A stretch of 64,000 nt of DNA from Betaproteobacteria bacterium (GCA_947479645.1 CANKAJ010000001.1:75537-139536), one strand, 5' to 3'; positions 1 through 10,947 are shown, counted from the first letter of the stretch. A program made the numbers and translations. The notes: generated by a model not told the origin, from the letters alone.

Positions 1-73
1 TGCGTGATTTACTATCAAAGGCTGCGTGACTCTTAGTTGGTCTTAGCTGTCGCATAGGGACTTTGTTAAACCT

Positions 74-93
74 GGGGAGGGAGTTCCCTCCCC
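74..93 (-). terminator. GC-rich hairpin just downstream of livF stop (ggggaggga / tccctcccc)
   Basis: Perfect 9-nt inverted arms at 74-82 and 85-93, 18 nt past the livF stop (112-114). The T-tract on the minus strand is weak (aggtttaac). Confidence 0.35.
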
Positions 94-111
94 AACAGTC
101 TACGATGAAGC

Positions 112-825
112 TCAAATCCCAAGGAGTTTGAGCTGAAGGTCCCGACTATTGATTAATTTTTCTCCGAGGCCATTAAATACCAACTCTCCTTTCACCAAAA
201 TGACAATTTTATTTGTGATTGCAGAAAGAGCTGATAAATTCTTGTCGACAACAATGACGGCGACTCCTGCATCTCGGACTATATCGATAGTTTTCCAAAT
301 ATCACTTGCCACTCTTGGCGCCAACCCTTCAGTGGCCTCATCCAGAATTAGGAGATCAGGATTGGTCATTAGAGCACGGCCTATGCTCAACATCTGCTGC
401 TCTCCTCCGGATAATTGCCCCCCCCCATGACTTAATCGATTCACTAGGGACGGGAATATTTCCAGCACACCATCCAATGTCCAATCATGGCGTCCACGAC
501 ATCCAATACGTGAGGACATGAGGAGATTTTCCAAAGTGCTAAGCGTCGAAAAAATACCGCGTCCTTCAGGGACATAAGCAATACCGTTACGCATGATTTC
601 ATGTGGCGGTAAGTCTGTTACCTTACTGCCAAGAAAAGAGATCGTTCCTGTGCGGAGAGGACCAAGTCCCATTATGCTTTTCAACAACGTGGACTTTCCC
701 ATACCATTCCTCCCCATCAGACCAATCGTTTCTCCTTTGTTTACGGAAATATCGACTCCATGCAAAACATGATTTTTTCCGTAATACGCATGAAGGTTCT
801 GAACTGAAAGCAGGATGTCACTCAC
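112..825 (-). CDS. livF: High-affinity branched-chain amino acid-type ABC transporter, ATP-binding protein (LivF-like)
   Basis: ORF 112..966 trimmed to the GTG at 825, which lies 1 nt after the livG stop (827-829). Walker A GRNGMGKST, signature LSGGEQQ, Walker B LLILDE. Confidence 0.9.
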   Translation of the reverse strand: MSDILLSVQNLHAYYGKNHVLHGVDISVNKGETIGLMGRNGMGKSTLLKSIMGLGPLRTGTISFLGSKVTDLPPHEIMRNGIAYVPEGRGIFSTLSTLENLLMSSRIGCRGRHDWTLDGVLEIFPSLVNRLSHGGGQLSGGEQQMLSIGRALMTNPDLLILDEATEGLAPRVASDIWKTIDIVRDAGVAVIVVDKNLSALSAITNKIVILVKGELVFNGLGEKLINSRDLQLKLLGI

Positions 826-826
826 T

Positions 827-1579
827 TCAAACTCCAGAAACTCCGAAATATGCAGACTGGACTTTTGGATCAGAGCGGATTGAATCTGGTGAACCAGATG
901 CCAGCACCATGCCATTAACCATAACGGTGAGTACGTCAGCCATGGCAAATATCGCATCCACATCATGTTCTACTACCAGGATGGAATGATTTGCCGACAA
1001 CTTACGCAGCAACTCCACCATCCGTGTCGACTCGTCAGCGCCCATGCCGGCCAAAGGCTCATCCAATAACAGCAACTTTGGGACAGTGGCAAGCGTCATG
1101 GCAACTTCCAATTGTCGTCTTTCTCCATGCGACAACGCCCCCGCAATAGTATCTATTCGACCCGAGAGTCCTGCCGTTGCAAGTGCTGCATGTGCCACTT
1201 CGTTTACTGCAGAACATGTATCCGGATTGAGGAAAAAATGCATGGAATGTGGCAAACGAGATTGTGCAGCGAGGCGGCAATTCTCAAAAGCTGTGAACAT
1301 CAGAAAAATATTACTTTTCTGGTAGCTACGGGCAATACCACGTTGTGATATTTGATAAGACTTTAAACCGGTAATTTCATTGCCTTCAAAAAGAATATTT
1401 CCAGCATTAACCTGTAGATCTCCAGAGAGCAGATTGATCAGCGTTGTCTTGCCTGCTCCATTTGGGCCAATTAGTGCATGAATTTCACCCACACGACAAT
1501 CTATTGACACGTTATTAACAGCTGTCAATCCCCCAAAGCTGTGTACCAATTTCCGGGCAATTAAAATAGGTTCAATCAT
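827..1579 (-). CDS. livG: LIV-type ABC transporter, ATP-binding protein (LivG-like)
   Basis: 250 aa. Walker A GPNGAGKTT, signature LSHGERRQLE, Walker B LLLLDEP. Overlaps the livM stop by 8 nt. Confidence 0.9.
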   Translation of the reverse strand: MIEPILIARKLVHSFGGLTAVNNVSIDCRVGEIHALIGPNGAGKTTLINLLSGDLQVNAGNILFEGNEITGLKSYQISQRGIARSYQKSNIFLMFTAFENCRLAAQSRLPHSMHFFLNPDTCSAVNEVAHAALATAGLSGRIDTIAGALSHGERRQLEVAMTLATVPKLLLLDEPLAGMGADESTRMVELLRKLSANHSILVVEHDVDAIFAMADVLTVMVNGMVLASGSPDSIRSDPKVQSAYFGVSGV

Positions 1580-2558
1580 CGATCGGTTGACGAGTCTGAG
1601 ATTTTCCGCGAATAAGCCCCGCTACGCCAGCAGGCAGAAACAACGCAACTAATACTATTGCCCCGCCCATGAATAAATGCCAATGCTTGCTGAGGTTCAC
1701 TCCTCCTATTGAGGGTAGTGTCTGAAAAATCAATTCAAGCAGAAGTAATATAAATGCTCCCATTGCCGGACCAAGGAGAGTTCCCATGCCGCCGAGTATT
1801 ACCATCACTAACACATTGCCTGACATATGCCATCCAAGCATATCTGGATTGACAACACCGAATTGAGCGGCCGAAAGATATCCTGCCACTCCTGCCAAGG
1901 TGCCTGAAAAAACAAAACATATCACCTTGTATCGAAATGTCGGATAGCCTAAAGAATTCATCCGCGATTCATTCAAACGTATTCCTGACAGAACACGCCC
2001 AAAAACTGATCGAACGAGCGCTCTAAGAAAGCAGTATGTCAATACCAACAACGTTAAAGTGAAATAATAGAAATCACTTATATTTTCAAGATCAAAAGGT
2101 TTCCATCCAAAAAATGTGGCGTCCGGTCTCATATATATATAAACACCATCGGAACCGCCAGCCACTTTGCTGTCATGAATAAAAAAGTACAGCATTTGTG
2201 AAATCGCTAAAGTAACCATAATGAAGTAGATGCCAGATGTCCGTAGTGTAATAAAACCAATTACGCTTGCAAAAATTGCGCAGAACATCATTGTGAGAAA
2301 CAAGGAAGTCCAGAGATTTGCGGGCTGAAATTCAGGGGCTGCGAATGCAAGAAGATAACCTGCCAGTCCGAAAAATGCGGCGTGCCCTAAGCTGACAAGT
2401 CCGGTATATCCAATCAGCAAATCAAGGCTCATGGCAAATATTGCCATGATCATTCCTTTAGTTACCAGCTGAATGTAAAACTTATCGAAAAACTCCGGCA
2501 ATACAAGTACTACCGCAAGGAATATGAATAAAAAGAAATTTGCTCGGCGCGAGAACAT
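1572..2558 (-). CDS. livM: LIV-type ABC transporter permease (LivM-like)
   Basis: 328-aa polytopic hydrophobic protein with the typical LivM/BraE pattern (LDLLIGYTGLVSLGHAAFFG). Sits in the operon between livH and livG. Confidence 0.85.
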   Translation of the reverse strand: MFSRRANFFLFIFLAVVLVLPEFFDKFYIQLVTKGMIMAIFAMSLDLLIGYTGLVSLGHAAFFGLAGYLLAFAAPEFQPANLWTSLFLTMMFCAIFASVIGFITLRTSGIYFIMVTLAISQMLYFFIHDSKVAGGSDGVYIYMRPDATFFGWKPFDLENISDFYYFTLTLLVLTYCFLRALVRSVFGRVLSGIRLNESRMNSLGYPTFRYKVICFVFSGTLAGVAGYLSAAQFGVVNPDMLGWHMSGNVLVMVILGGMGTLLGPAMGAFILLLLELIFQTLPSIGGVNLSKHWHLFMGGAIVLVALFLPAGVAGLIRGKSQTRQPIDD

Positions 2559-2563
2559 TTTAT

Positions 2564-3466
2564 TCAGTGATGTGTTCGCCCAAACAATCCCATTGGTCTA
2601 ATAAGCAATACGGCAGCCATTAAAAAATAGACTACCATGCCAGACAGTTCCGGAAACACACGTAGTCCCAGTATTTCCAGTGTGACTACCTTCCCAAAAG
2701 AATCTACTAAACCAATCATCAATGCTGACAGCATTGCGCCTTTAATTGAACCGATTCCGCCAATCACTACGACAACGAAACAAATTATCAATACTTGATT
2801 TCCCATTCCTGGAAATACCGAAGAAACCGGCGCCGCTAGCATTCCGGCAAATGCCGCAAGCGCAACTCCTATCGCGAATACAAACCGATCCACCAAGCGT
2901 ACGTTTAGGCCTAGCGCCTGAACCATATCGCGATCTTCACTCCTCGCACGTACTATCATTCCGATGCGTGTTTTCTGAATCATCCAGTACATTCCTACTG
3001 CAACTGCAAGACAGACTACAGAAATCCAGATTCTGTATATCGGATAGCTCAACGTATCAGTCAGCATGATAGATGAGTCCAAAATATCCGGTACACGAAC
3101 GGTTTGAACGTCATCACCCCAAACCAGACTGCGTAACTCCTCCAAAACTAAAATGAGTCCGTAGGTAAGCAGGACTTGATATAGATGGTCGCGGCTATAA
3201 AGCCGGCTTATGAGAATCCACTCCATTAACAAACCAAACGAGAACGCAATAGTGACGCCAACAGGTAAAGCTATCCAAAAACTACCAAATTGCTCAGATA
3301 GGGAAAATGCCAGATATGCGCCCAGCATGTAGAAACTTCCATGGGCAAGATTAATAACGCCCATGCTTCCAAAAACCAAGGTTAAACCACTTGCCACAAG
3401 AAAAAGCAGCAAGCCATACTGAACCCCATTCAATATCTGGATGAAAAAGCTTATGTAGTCCATCAA
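2564..3466 (-). CDS. livH: LIV-type ABC transporter permease (LivH-like)
   Basis: 300-aa membrane protein. N-terminus ILNGVQYGLLLFLVASGLTLVFGSMGVINLAHGSFYMLGAY is typical of LivH/BraD. Confidence 0.85.
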   Translation of the reverse strand: MMDYISFFIQILNGVQYGLLLFLVASGLTLVFGSMGVINLAHGSFYMLGAYLAFSLSEQFGSFWIALPVGVTIAFSFGLLMEWILISRLYSRDHLYQVLLTYGLILVLEELRSLVWGDDVQTVRVPDILDSSIMLTDTLSYPIYRIWISVVCLAVAVGMYWMIQKTRIGMIVRARSEDRDMVQALGLNVRLVDRFVFAIGVALAAFAGMLAAPVSSVFPGMGNQVLIICFVVVVIGGIGSIKGAMLSALMIGLVDSFGKVVTLEILGLRVFPELSGMVVYFLMAAVLLIRPMGLFGRTHH

Positions 3467-3510
3467 GGGATAAGACAGCGCTGTCAGTACAAAAGCTGTC
3501 TACTGGGACA

Positions 3511-4752
3511 TCAGAGCGGCAACAACTTGCAGGTAAGGGCCGATGGGTAGTCCAGTCCCTTTGCGGCTACTGAAATAACCTTATTTTCTCTGCCTATTAC
3601 TTTGCGCAGATAGATGTCTTGTATTGGATTGTGGGCCCGGGACATTCGCCACTTTCCTCGTGGGCTATCTATTTCAGCATTTTCCAGTGCCGCGATTAAC
3701 GCTTTCCTTTGTTTCAGATCTCCCTTGACTGCTCGCAAGCCGATACCGAGGAGTAAACCAGAGTCATATCCTTGTACCGCGTATACATCAGGTTGCAGCT
3801 TGAATGCCTTTGCATACGCTAGCTGAAAGGCTCGGTTTCTCGGTGTATCAAGGCCATCGCCATAATGCAGAGCAGTTTCAATACCCTCGGCCGCATCACC
3901 TACAGCCTCAAGGACTCCGTCGGTAAGAAAGGTGCTGAACAGCGGGATTTTCCCTTTAAGACCTGCAGCTTGCCAATCTTTCAAAAACTTGGCTGCGCCC
4001 CCCCCCGCGAAGAACACGTACACTGCTTGGGGCTTGATCGAGGCAATTTCGGTAAGAAGTGACTGAAACTCCACATTGGGAAATGGAATCCACAGCTCTT
4101 TCAATATCTTTCCGCCAGCTTTTAAGAAAGAATCCTTAAAACCAGCCACCGACTCTTCACCAGCGCCATATTTCCATGCCAGTGTCACAACGTTCTTCAA
4201 TCCTCTATCTGCCACAATCTTGCCCAGTGGGAAAGCAGGCTGTCCGTTAGAAAATGATGCTCTAAAGACATTGCCGGAACATAGTACGCCGGTAGCCGCC
4301 TCCACACCCGCATTCGGTATGATATTCAGCACACCAGTGTCTCGGGCAATTTTAATAATGCCCATTTGCACGCCTGAATGGACGGTGCCTACGATTACAT
4401 CAACCTTGTCTCGACTGACTAGCTGGTTCGCACGATCCGCCGCCTTGGCCGGGTCAGACTCATCATCAATTGAGACAATTTCAATCTCACGCCCGCCGAG
4501 ATTTCCATCCTGTTCGCTTAGAGCTAGCCTGAAACCATTAGAAATGGCCACTCCCAGCGGCGCGAAGGTGCCTGTGTAAGGGAGCATGAGACCAATTTTT
4601 AACTTACTGAACTGAGCCAGAGATGCCCTCGGTAAACAGATTGACAGCAGCCCTGCTATTGACGCAGTTCGTAATAGAGTCCTCCGTGTGTAAGAAAACA
4701 TCCCGTTCATCACAGACTGATCCGGATCAATAGTTACCATTGGCATCTTCAT
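3511..4752 (-). CDS. Periplasmic substrate-binding protein of the LIV-type (HAAT family) ABC transporter; ligand not assignable
   Basis: 413-aa ORF resembling LivK/Peripla_BP_6, with a twin-arginine-like signal (RRTLLRTASIAGLL...ASLA). The start is ambiguous: 4752, 4710 or 4701. Confidence 0.8.
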   Translation of the reverse strand: MKMPMVTIDPDQSVMNGMFSYTRRTLLRTASIAGLLSICLPRASLAQFSKLKIGLMLPYTGTFAPLGVAISNGFRLALSEQDGNLGGREIEIVSIDDESDPAKAADRANQLVSRDKVDVIVGTVHSGVQMGIIKIARDTGVLNIIPNAGVEAATGVLCSGNVFRASFSNGQPAFPLGKIVADRGLKNVVTLAWKYGAGEESVAGFKDSFLKAGGKILKELWIPFPNVEFQSLLTEIASIKPQAVYVFFAGGGAAKFLKDWQAAGLKGKIPLFSTFLTDGVLEAVGDAAEGIETALHYGDGLDTPRNRAFQLAYAKAFKLQPDVYAVQGYDSGLLLGIGLRAVKGDLKQRKALIAALENAEIDSPRGKWRMSRAHNPIQDIYLRKVIGRENKVISVAAKGLDYPSALTCKLLPL

Positions 4753-4769
4753 ATTGATTGCAAGATTTT

Positions 4770-6155
4770 TCAGTAACTCTCAGCTCGAGTGTGATTCTCG
4801 AATCGAGTGTACTCGCCAAGAAAGGTAAGCCTTATGGTTCCAATAGGACCATTACGTTGCTTTCCAATAATAATTTCTGCAACACCCTTGTCTGCTGTTC
4901 CCTCATTGTAGACTTCATCACGATATATAAACAAAATCACGTCAGCATCTTGTTCAATGGCTCCTGACTCACGCAAATCGGACATAATGGGCCGTTTGTT
5001 TGGCCTCTGTTCGAGACCGCGATTTAGCTGCGACAATGCAACAACTGGGACTTTTAGCTCTTTAGCAAGTGCCTTCAGGGAACGCGATATTTCCGAAATT
5101 TCTGTTGCACGATTCTCGCCTTGATTACTCGCCTGCATTAGCTGAAGATAGTCGATTACAACCAACCCCAATTTTCCATACTGCCGGTGTAAGCGCCGGG
5201 TACGTGCGCGAAGCTCAAGTACGTTTAATGCGGGTGTCTCATCAATGTGAATTGGCGCGTCATGTAATTTAGCAACAGCGTTTGTCAGCCTATTCCAGTC
5301 ATCATCGGTAAGCCTGCCTGTCCGCAGCCTATGCTGATCAAGCCGCCCAAGTGATCCAAGCAACCGCATTGCAAGCTGAGTTCCTGCCATTTCCATACTA
5401 AATATGGCAACTGGAAGTCTATTCTCAACAGCAACATGCTCAGCAATATTAAGTGCAAACGCAGTTTTCCCCATTGAGGGACGGCCAGCAACAATAATAA
5501 GATCGCTTTCCTGAAAACCGGACGTTCTTTCATCTAAATCGTGGTAACCGGTTGGGACTCCAGTTACATTTGAGGGATTATCCTGATGATAGAGCATATC
5601 TACACGCTCCATCACTTGGGTCAACAGTGGCTGTATATCCATAAACCCCTGCCTGCCACGCGAACCAGCCTCGGCAATTTGCAAGACCTTTGACTCCGCC
5701 TCATCCAGCATCTGTCCTACGTCTTTACCAAGCGGATTCAATGCAGTATCTGCAATTTCGGTACCCACTTCTACCAGCTTACGCATTACTGCCCGCTCGC
5801 GGACTATCTCTGCGTACCTGCGAATGTTATGTGCTGAAGGTGTAGATTGAGCCAAGGCACCAAGATAAGCGAGCCCTCCGGTTCTGTCTCTGTCTTCGCT
5901 ACCCTTAATTGACTCATCAACCGTAATTACGTCAGCTGGTTTGCCAAGTTGAATCAGTCTAATGATATGTCGAAAAATTCGACGATGATCATCACGGTAA
6001 AAGTCGGACTCAGCGAAAACATCTCCAATACGGTCAAAAGCACTGTTATCCAATAATAGCCCACCGAGTACTGACTGCTCAGCCTCCACAGAATGTGGTG
6101 GCACCTTCAGCGTGAGTAACTGCGTATCACTAGTAGTTTGTGAAAATGCATTCAT
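4770..6155 (-). CDS. dnaB: Replicative DNA helicase DnaB
   Basis: ORF trimmed to the ATG at 6155 (MNAFSQ...). Motifs: PPHSVEAEQSVLGGLL at the N-terminus, Walker A AGRPSMGKTAFALN, and the RecA-like C-terminal domain. Confidence 0.95.
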   Translation of the reverse strand: MNAFSQTTSDTQLLTLKVPPHSVEAEQSVLGGLLLDNSAFDRIGDVFAESDFYRDDHRRIFRHIIRLIQLGKPADVITVDESIKGSEDRDRTGGLAYLGALAQSTPSAHNIRRYAEIVRERAVMRKLVEVGTEIADTALNPLGKDVGQMLDEAESKVLQIAEAGSRGRQGFMDIQPLLTQVMERVDMLYHQDNPSNVTGVPTGYHDLDERTSGFQESDLIIVAGRPSMGKTAFALNIAEHVAVENRLPVAIFSMEMAGTQLAMRLLGSLGRLDQHRLRTGRLTDDDWNRLTNAVAKLHDAPIHIDETPALNVLELRARTRRLHRQYGKLGLVVIDYLQLMQASNQGENRATEISEISRSLKALAKELKVPVVALSQLNRGLEQRPNKRPIMSDLRESGAIEQDADVILFIYRDEVYNEGTADKGVAEIIIGKQRNGPIGTIRLTFLGEYTRFENHTRAESY

Positions 6156-6272
6156 AAATATCGGGGATTCTATCAGCCTAAACCCAAAAAAATAGGCTCG
6201 CACATGCGAGCCTAATTCCAATCTAGTCTATTAAAAATGCACTCAAACTTTGTGCATATATCAAAAGATCTT

Positions 6273-6728
6273 CTATTGCTGCGTTTCACCAAGAACAGAA
6301 ACTTTTATTTGGACAACCACATCGGTGTGCAATGCTATCGATATGTCATGATCGCCGATCTGCTTAAGAGGCCCTTGAGGCAGCCTAATATTAGACCTCT
6401 CAACTTCGATTCCCTGAGCGCGAAGCGCATCAGTGATATCTATAGAAGTTACGGAACCAAACAAACGGCCGTCTACCCCTGCTTTTTGCGCGATCTGCAG
6501 CAAAAGACCATCAATTTTGGCACCCTTGTCTTGGGCAGAAGTAAGCGCAGCAGCCTGAGCTGCCTCCAACTCAGCTCGCCGTTTTTCAAAGTCTGCCAAA
6601 CTGGCTGGAGTGGCACGCTTTGCTTTTCCCTGAGGAATAAGAAAGTTTCGTGCGTATCCGTCTTTGACTTTTACGACATCACCCAGGCCACCAAGATTAA
6701 TAACTTTCTCGAGAAGAATGATTTGCAT
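6273..6728 (-). CDS. rplI: 50S ribosomal protein L9
   Basis: [36 protein letters not shown] is a canonical L9 N-terminus. Position matches the rpsF-priB-rpsR-rplI operon order. Confidence 0.97.
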   Translation of the reverse strand: MQIILLEKVINLGGLGDVVKVKDGYARNFLIPQGKAKRATPASLADFEKRRAELEAAQAAALTSAQDKGAKIDGLLLQIAQKAGVDGRLFGSVTSIDITDALRAQGIEVERSNIRLPQGPLKQIGDHDISIALHTDVVVQIKVSVLGETQQ

Positions 6729-6738
6729 TTTCTATTCC

Positions 6739-7041
6739 TTAGTGCAGATCAGTATATGGCAGAAGCGCCAAATATCTAGCGCGTTTTATAGCATCTGATA
6801 ACTGGCGCTGATAATGTGTCTTAGTTCCAGTAATTCGAGCAGGGATAATCTTGCCATTCTCGTTAATGAAATCCTTAAGAACATCAACGTCCTTATAATC
6901 AATCCACTCTACTTTCTCAACAGTAAATCGACAAAATTTACGACGCTTAAATAATGCACCTTTTCCCTTATTATCGCGCTTGTTGAAACGGCCTTTTCCT
7001 TTTCCCTTGCCCTTACTGGGCCCACGTCCAAACGTTGCCAT
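6739..7041 (-). CDS. rpsR: 30S ribosomal protein S18 (with Gly/Lys-rich N-terminal tail)
   Basis: S18 core: FCRFT...[27 protein letters not shown]...[19 protein letters not shown]. Confidence 0.97.
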   Translation of the reverse strand: MATFGRGPSKGKGKGKGRFNKRDNKGKGALFKRRKFCRFTVEKVEWIDYKDVDVLKDFINENGKIIPARITGTKTHYQRQLSDAIKRARYLALLPYTDLH

Positions 7042-7053
7042 ATCCTGTATCTC

Positions 7054-7365
7054 CTAGTTCGATTTCTTGAATTCTAAATGTGTAACATGAAAAACTAGCT
7101 GTGAACTACTGCGACTCTTTTGGTCCACAAACCCCTTTAACCAAAGAGTTTCACCCAACGCCGCTGTAGCCAGCACTTTCGCCTCTCGATCGATTGCCAT
7201 ACAACCAACCTCACAACTCACCTTTCGAAGAAGACCTGCTTCCTCTTGACTGGATTCATGTCTTATTCGAAATTGGACAATTGGCACGCCCGCAGGGGTG
7301 TACCGTAATCTATCCAGTTCAACCAATGTACCGGTGACTTCTAGACAGTTCTTGCCTGGTGACAA
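7054..7365 (-). CDS. priB: Primosomal replication protein N (PriB)
   Basis: 103-aa OB-fold-like protein located between rpsF and rpsR. The pattern LEVTGTLVELDRLRYTPAGVPIVQFRIRHES matches PriB. Confidence 0.85.
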   Translation of the reverse strand: MSPGKNCLEVTGTLVELDRLRYTPAGVPIVQFRIRHESSQEEAGLLRKVSCEVGCMAIDREAKVLATAALGETLWLKGFVDQKSRSSSQLVFHVTHLEFKKSN

Positions 7366-7374
7366 AATTGGCTT

Positions 7375-7767
7375 TTACGCAGCAGGTCCTGCTTCTGCGA
7401 GTTTCTCGGTACGTTCAGTTCTCTCGGAACCCAGTACTGATTTGGACTTTTCTTCCTTCATCATTGGTGAAGGAGTTGTCCAGGCACGATCCATTTTGAC
7501 GATCAAGTGACGCAAAACAGCATCGTTGAACTTAAAGGCATGCTCAAGTTCAAGTAGCGTTTCCTGGTCACACTCAATATTCATAAGAACGTAATGCGCT
7601 TTATGCATCTTCTGGATGAGGTAGGTCATCTGCCGACGCCCCCAATCTTCAAGACGATGAACCGCACCATTCTTAGAAAGAACTATCGATCTATATCGCT
7701 CTATCATCGCCGGTACCTGCTCGCTCTGATCAGGATGGACGATAAAAACAATTTCATAATGCCGCAT
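7375..7767 (-). CDS. rpsF: 30S ribosomal protein S6
   Basis: ORF trimmed to the ATG at 7767. [25 protein letters not shown] is the canonical S6 start. Confidence 0.95.
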   Translation of the reverse strand: MRHYEIVFIVHPDQSEQVPAMIERYRSIVLSKNGAVHRLEDWGRRQMTYLIQKMHKAHYVLMNIECDQETLLELEHAFKFNDAVLRHLIVKMDRAWTTPSPMMKEEKSKSVLGSERTERTEKLAEAGPAA

Positions 7768-7930
7768 GCAGACTCTCCCACGGGTTTGCCTCCCGTCATG
7801 CGAACGGTAAGGCGGGTTAAAAAAGAAGCAGATCAATTCTGCCATTAAAAAAAGCTTTTAATTATAATTGGAATAATACTTCATTACCTAGAGAAATCTG
7901 CAGAATTCATAAAGTACAACTATGATCCAC

Positions 7931-8668
7931 TCAAGTATCTATATGGTATCGAGTTTTGTACAAACAGATCCCACTTGCCACGGATACGTTCAGGCTTCCA
8001 ACGCTTCCCAACATGGGGATTCGCACCAATTGATCACAACGTTCGCGAGTTAAACGACGCATGCCTTTTCCTTCTGCACCAAGTACCCAGGCAATCGCTC
8101 TCGGGAATTTTGTTTGATAAAGCGTAACATCTGCCCGTTCATCCGTACCTACTACCCAAATATCGCGCTCTTTAAGCTCCCCAATGGTTCGGGCTAGATT
8201 TGCTACCATGAAATATGGCATAACCTCCGCAGCCCCACTTGCAACCTTGGATACCACCGCATTGATTCCTACGGCGCGATCCTTGGGGGCAATAACTGCA
8301 TTAACGCCTGTGGCATCGGCCACCCTTAAGCAAGCCCCTAAATTATGTGGATCAGTTACACCATCCAGAATCAACAACAAGGGTGGCCCTTGTAATCCAT
8401 CGAGTAGATCATCGAGAGTGCCGCGCAGTGGCACTTCTTCCACCAAGGCAATCAATCCCTGGTGACGACCCGAGGCATCCAAGCCATCCAGACGCAATTT
8501 CGGCACACGCAAAACTCGTGTACCCGCAACCTCTAGTAGCGCCAACATGCCTTCTGCTCGACGATCCTTTCGGTTTTCGTCCAGCATAACTTCAATGATT
8601 GACTTCGGTAGCGCACGCAGGCGAGCTTGGACTGCGTGAAATCCAAATACCATGCGCGTCTTCTTCAT
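7931..8668 (-). CDS. rlmB: 23S rRNA (guanosine-2'-O)-methyltransferase RlmB (SpoU/TrmH family)
   Basis: 245 aa. SpoU motifs [34 protein letters not shown] and [15 protein letters not shown]. The start overlaps the rnr stop by 4 nt. Confidence 0.9.
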   Translation of the reverse strand: MKKTRMVFGFHAVQARLRALPKSIIEVMLDENRKDRRAEGMLALLEVAGTRVLRVPKLRLDGLDASGRHQGLIALVEEVPLRGTLDDLLDGLQGPPLLLILDGVTDPHNLGACLRVADATGVNAVIAPKDRAVGINAVVSKVASGAAEVMPYFMVANLARTIGELKERDIWVVGTDERADVTLYQTKFPRAIAWVLGAEGKGMRRLTRERCDQLVRIPMLGSVGSLNVSVASGICLYKTRYHIDT

Positions 8669-10890
8669 CTTTTTCTATTCTTTTGGAGACTGCCACCTAC
8701 TCTGGCTGAGTATGACTGACGCTCATTGTCCTGATCAGATAAAACAAACTCAATGCGACTTGATTCAAGATCCACTCGCACAATCTTGACTTTTACTCGA
8801 TCAGCAAGGCGATAACGTTTGCCGGTTTTCTCGCCAAGCAATTGATGCTTGCCCGGATCAAACTGAAAATAGTCACTTCCGAGTTCCGACACATGCACCA
8901 TGCCTTCAACATGCACATCGTCCAAGGCTACAAATATTCCAAATCCTGCGACGCCGGAAATTGATCCTTCAAATTCATCCCCTACCCTTTTCTTCATGTA
9001 GTAGCACTTTAGCCACGAATCCACTTCACGCGTCGCCTCGTCGGCACGTCGCTCAGTCTGTGAGCAATACATACCCAGATCTTTCCAGTTACCAGGGTTA
9101 TAAATCTGACCATTCAATACCGCCTTGATTGCTCGGTGTATAACCAGATCGGGATAGCGTCGTATAGGTGAAGTAAAATGCGTATAAGCCTCATATGACA
9201 ATCCAAAGTGCCCGACATTATCTGGGGTGTACTGCGCCTGTTGCAAGGAGCGGAGCAATACCGTCTGCAATAATTGAAAATCCGGTCGCTTTTTCACTGA
9301 GTCCAAAAGTTTCGCATAGTCTTTTGCTGTAGGCCTATCCCCCCCTTGCAGGTGCAACCCGAACTCCTTTAGGAATTCACGCAATGCTGCTAATTTTTCT
9401 TCCGTTGGCCCCTCATGGACACGATAAAGTGCAGCGTGTTCAGCTTTGCTCAAAAAATTAGATGCACAGACATTTGCGGCAAGCATGCATTCCTCAATTA
9501 GACGGTGAGCGTCATTACGCGGGACTGGAACAATACGGGTAATCTTTCCCTTGTCATCGAATACTATTCGTGTTTCAACAGTCTCAAAGTCGATTGCGCC
9601 ACGACGCCCCCTAGCTTTGAGTAGGACGTGAAATAACTCTTCCAAGCATTGCAATTGTGGAATCAGCTTCTTCGCCTCATCCAACATTTCTCCTTCAATG
9701 TTAGCTAGGAGATTCCAGACTTCAGTATAAGTAAGTCGAGAATGAGAACGCATAACCGCAGGATAAAAACTAAACTGTTTGATTTCACCATTGGAAGATA
9801 TGGACATATCGCATGCCATGCATAGGCGATCGACGTTTGGCTTAAGTGAGCATAAGTCGTTGGACAGTCTTTCTGGCAGCATTGGAATGACACGACGCGG
9901 AAAATAGACTGAGGTTCCGCGTTCTCGTGCGTCAGAGTCAATTGAACTACCTGAACACACATAATGACTCACGTCAGCAATTGCCACGACAAGCCTGTAG
10001 CCACGCCCTACTTTCTCTGCATAGACTGCATCATCAAAATCACGGGCAGTTTCACCATCAATAGTAACTAGTGGAAATTTACGGAGATCTGTTCTTCCCT
10101 CTAATTCAGCCTTACGCACGGTGGCATAAAAGCTTGCTGACTCTGCTTCGGATTCTGGGGAAAAGATGTAGGGCAGCGAATGTTTACGCAATGCAATTTC
10201 AATTTCCATTCCCGGATCAGCCGCTTTCCCCAATACTTCGGATACTCCTCCGATTGGAGGTGCATCCGGGTCCTGTTGTGGAATAAGGGTCACTACCACG
10301 ACATCACCTTCTTGCGCTCCGGCCTGCTCCTTTACTGGAATGGCAATTCTTTGATTAATACGCCTGTCCGACGCAACAACAAATCTTAACCCATGTTCAA
10401 TATGCAATCGTCCGACGATGCTGATTGTTGTCCTCTCGGTGACCTCCACGATGCTAGCCTCTCGTCGAGCACGACGATCAACGCCGGTTACACGCACAAT
10501 GACTCGGTCAAGATGCAAAACCTTGCGCATCTCCTTAGGGGAAAGATAGAGGTCCGGACTTTCGTCATCTGGTATCACGAAGCCAAATCCATCAGGATGC
10601 CCCTCAATATGACCTGAGATAAGATCCAGTTTCTTGGCGACAAGAAGTGTGCCTTTACGATTTCTTAGAATTTGCCCCTCACGCTCCATTGCTGCCACTC
10701 GACGTGCAAATGGACCACGTTCACTAGGCTTGATTCCAAGCAACGTTAGGAGTCGCCCTTCAACAATAGGAACTCCTTCTTCAGCAAGGATTTCAAGAAT
10801 AAATTCGCGGCTGGGTAGCGGATCTTTGTACCGTAGCTGTTCTCGCTCAAGAAAAGGATCGCGATGTCTAACGCCACGGGGCTTTGTCAT
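8665..10890 (-). CDS. rnr: Ribonuclease R
   Basis: 741 aa. RNB catalytic core ([61 protein letters not shown]), a C-terminal S1 domain and a basic tail. Confidence 0.95.
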   Translation of the reverse strand: MTKPRGVRHRDPFLEREQLRYKDPLPSREFILEILAEEGVPIVEGRLLTLLGIKPSERGPFARRVAAMEREGQILRNRKGTLLVAKKLDLISGHIEGHPDGFGFVIPDDESPDLYLSPKEMRKVLHLDRVIVRVTGVDRRARREASIVEVTERTTISIVGRLHIEHGLRFVVASDRRINQRIAIPVKEQAGAQEGDVVVVTLIPQQDPDAPPIGGVSEVLGKAADPGMEIEIALRKHSLPYIFSPESEAESASFYATVRKAELEGRTDLRKFPLVTIDGETARDFDDAVYAEKVGRGYRLVVAIADVSHYVCSGSSIDSDARERGTSVYFPRRVIPMLPERLSNDLCSLKPNVDRLCMACDMSISSNGEIKQFSFYPAVMRSHSRLTYTEVWNLLANIEGEMLDEAKKLIPQLQCLEELFHVLLKARGRRGAIDFETVETRIVFDDKGKITRIVPVPRNDAHRLIEECMLAANVCASNFLSKAEHAALYRVHEGPTEEKLAALREFLKEFGLHLQGGDRPTAKDYAKLLDSVKKRPDFQLLQTVLLRSLQQAQYTPDNVGHFGLSYEAYTHFTSPIRRYPDLVIHRAIKAVLNGQIYNPGNWKDLGMYCSQTERRADEATREVDSWLKCYYMKKRVGDEFEGSISGVAGFGIFVALDDVHVEGMVHVSELGSDYFQFDPGKHQLLGEKTGKRYRLADRVKVKIVRVDLESSRIEFVLSDQDNERQSYSARVGGSLQKNRKR

Positions 10891-10947
10891 AAGGTTACTT
10901 TCAGGTAGAATTAGCTGCTCTTGCTTTTGTACTTGTTTTGAGTAAGT

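Noticed and set aside
4770-6221. N-terminally extended ORF-track models for dnaB, and likewise for rpsF (7845), rimP (36025), trpS (39717), the ABC ATPase (48304), fdxA (48778), ndk (26637) and uvrC (61670).
   Set aside because: Internal ATGs reproduce the conserved family N-termini. They remove overlaps with upstream genes or terminators, and in two cases (the ABC ATPase and ndk) they have clear Shine-Dalgarno sequences. The extensions have no conserved features.
6739-7041. Unusual (GK)n N-terminal tail of ribosomal protein S18 ([22 protein letters not shown]).
   Set aside because: Basic low-complexity N-terminal extensions of S18 are common outside enterics. There is nothing to suggest more than lineage-specific variation.
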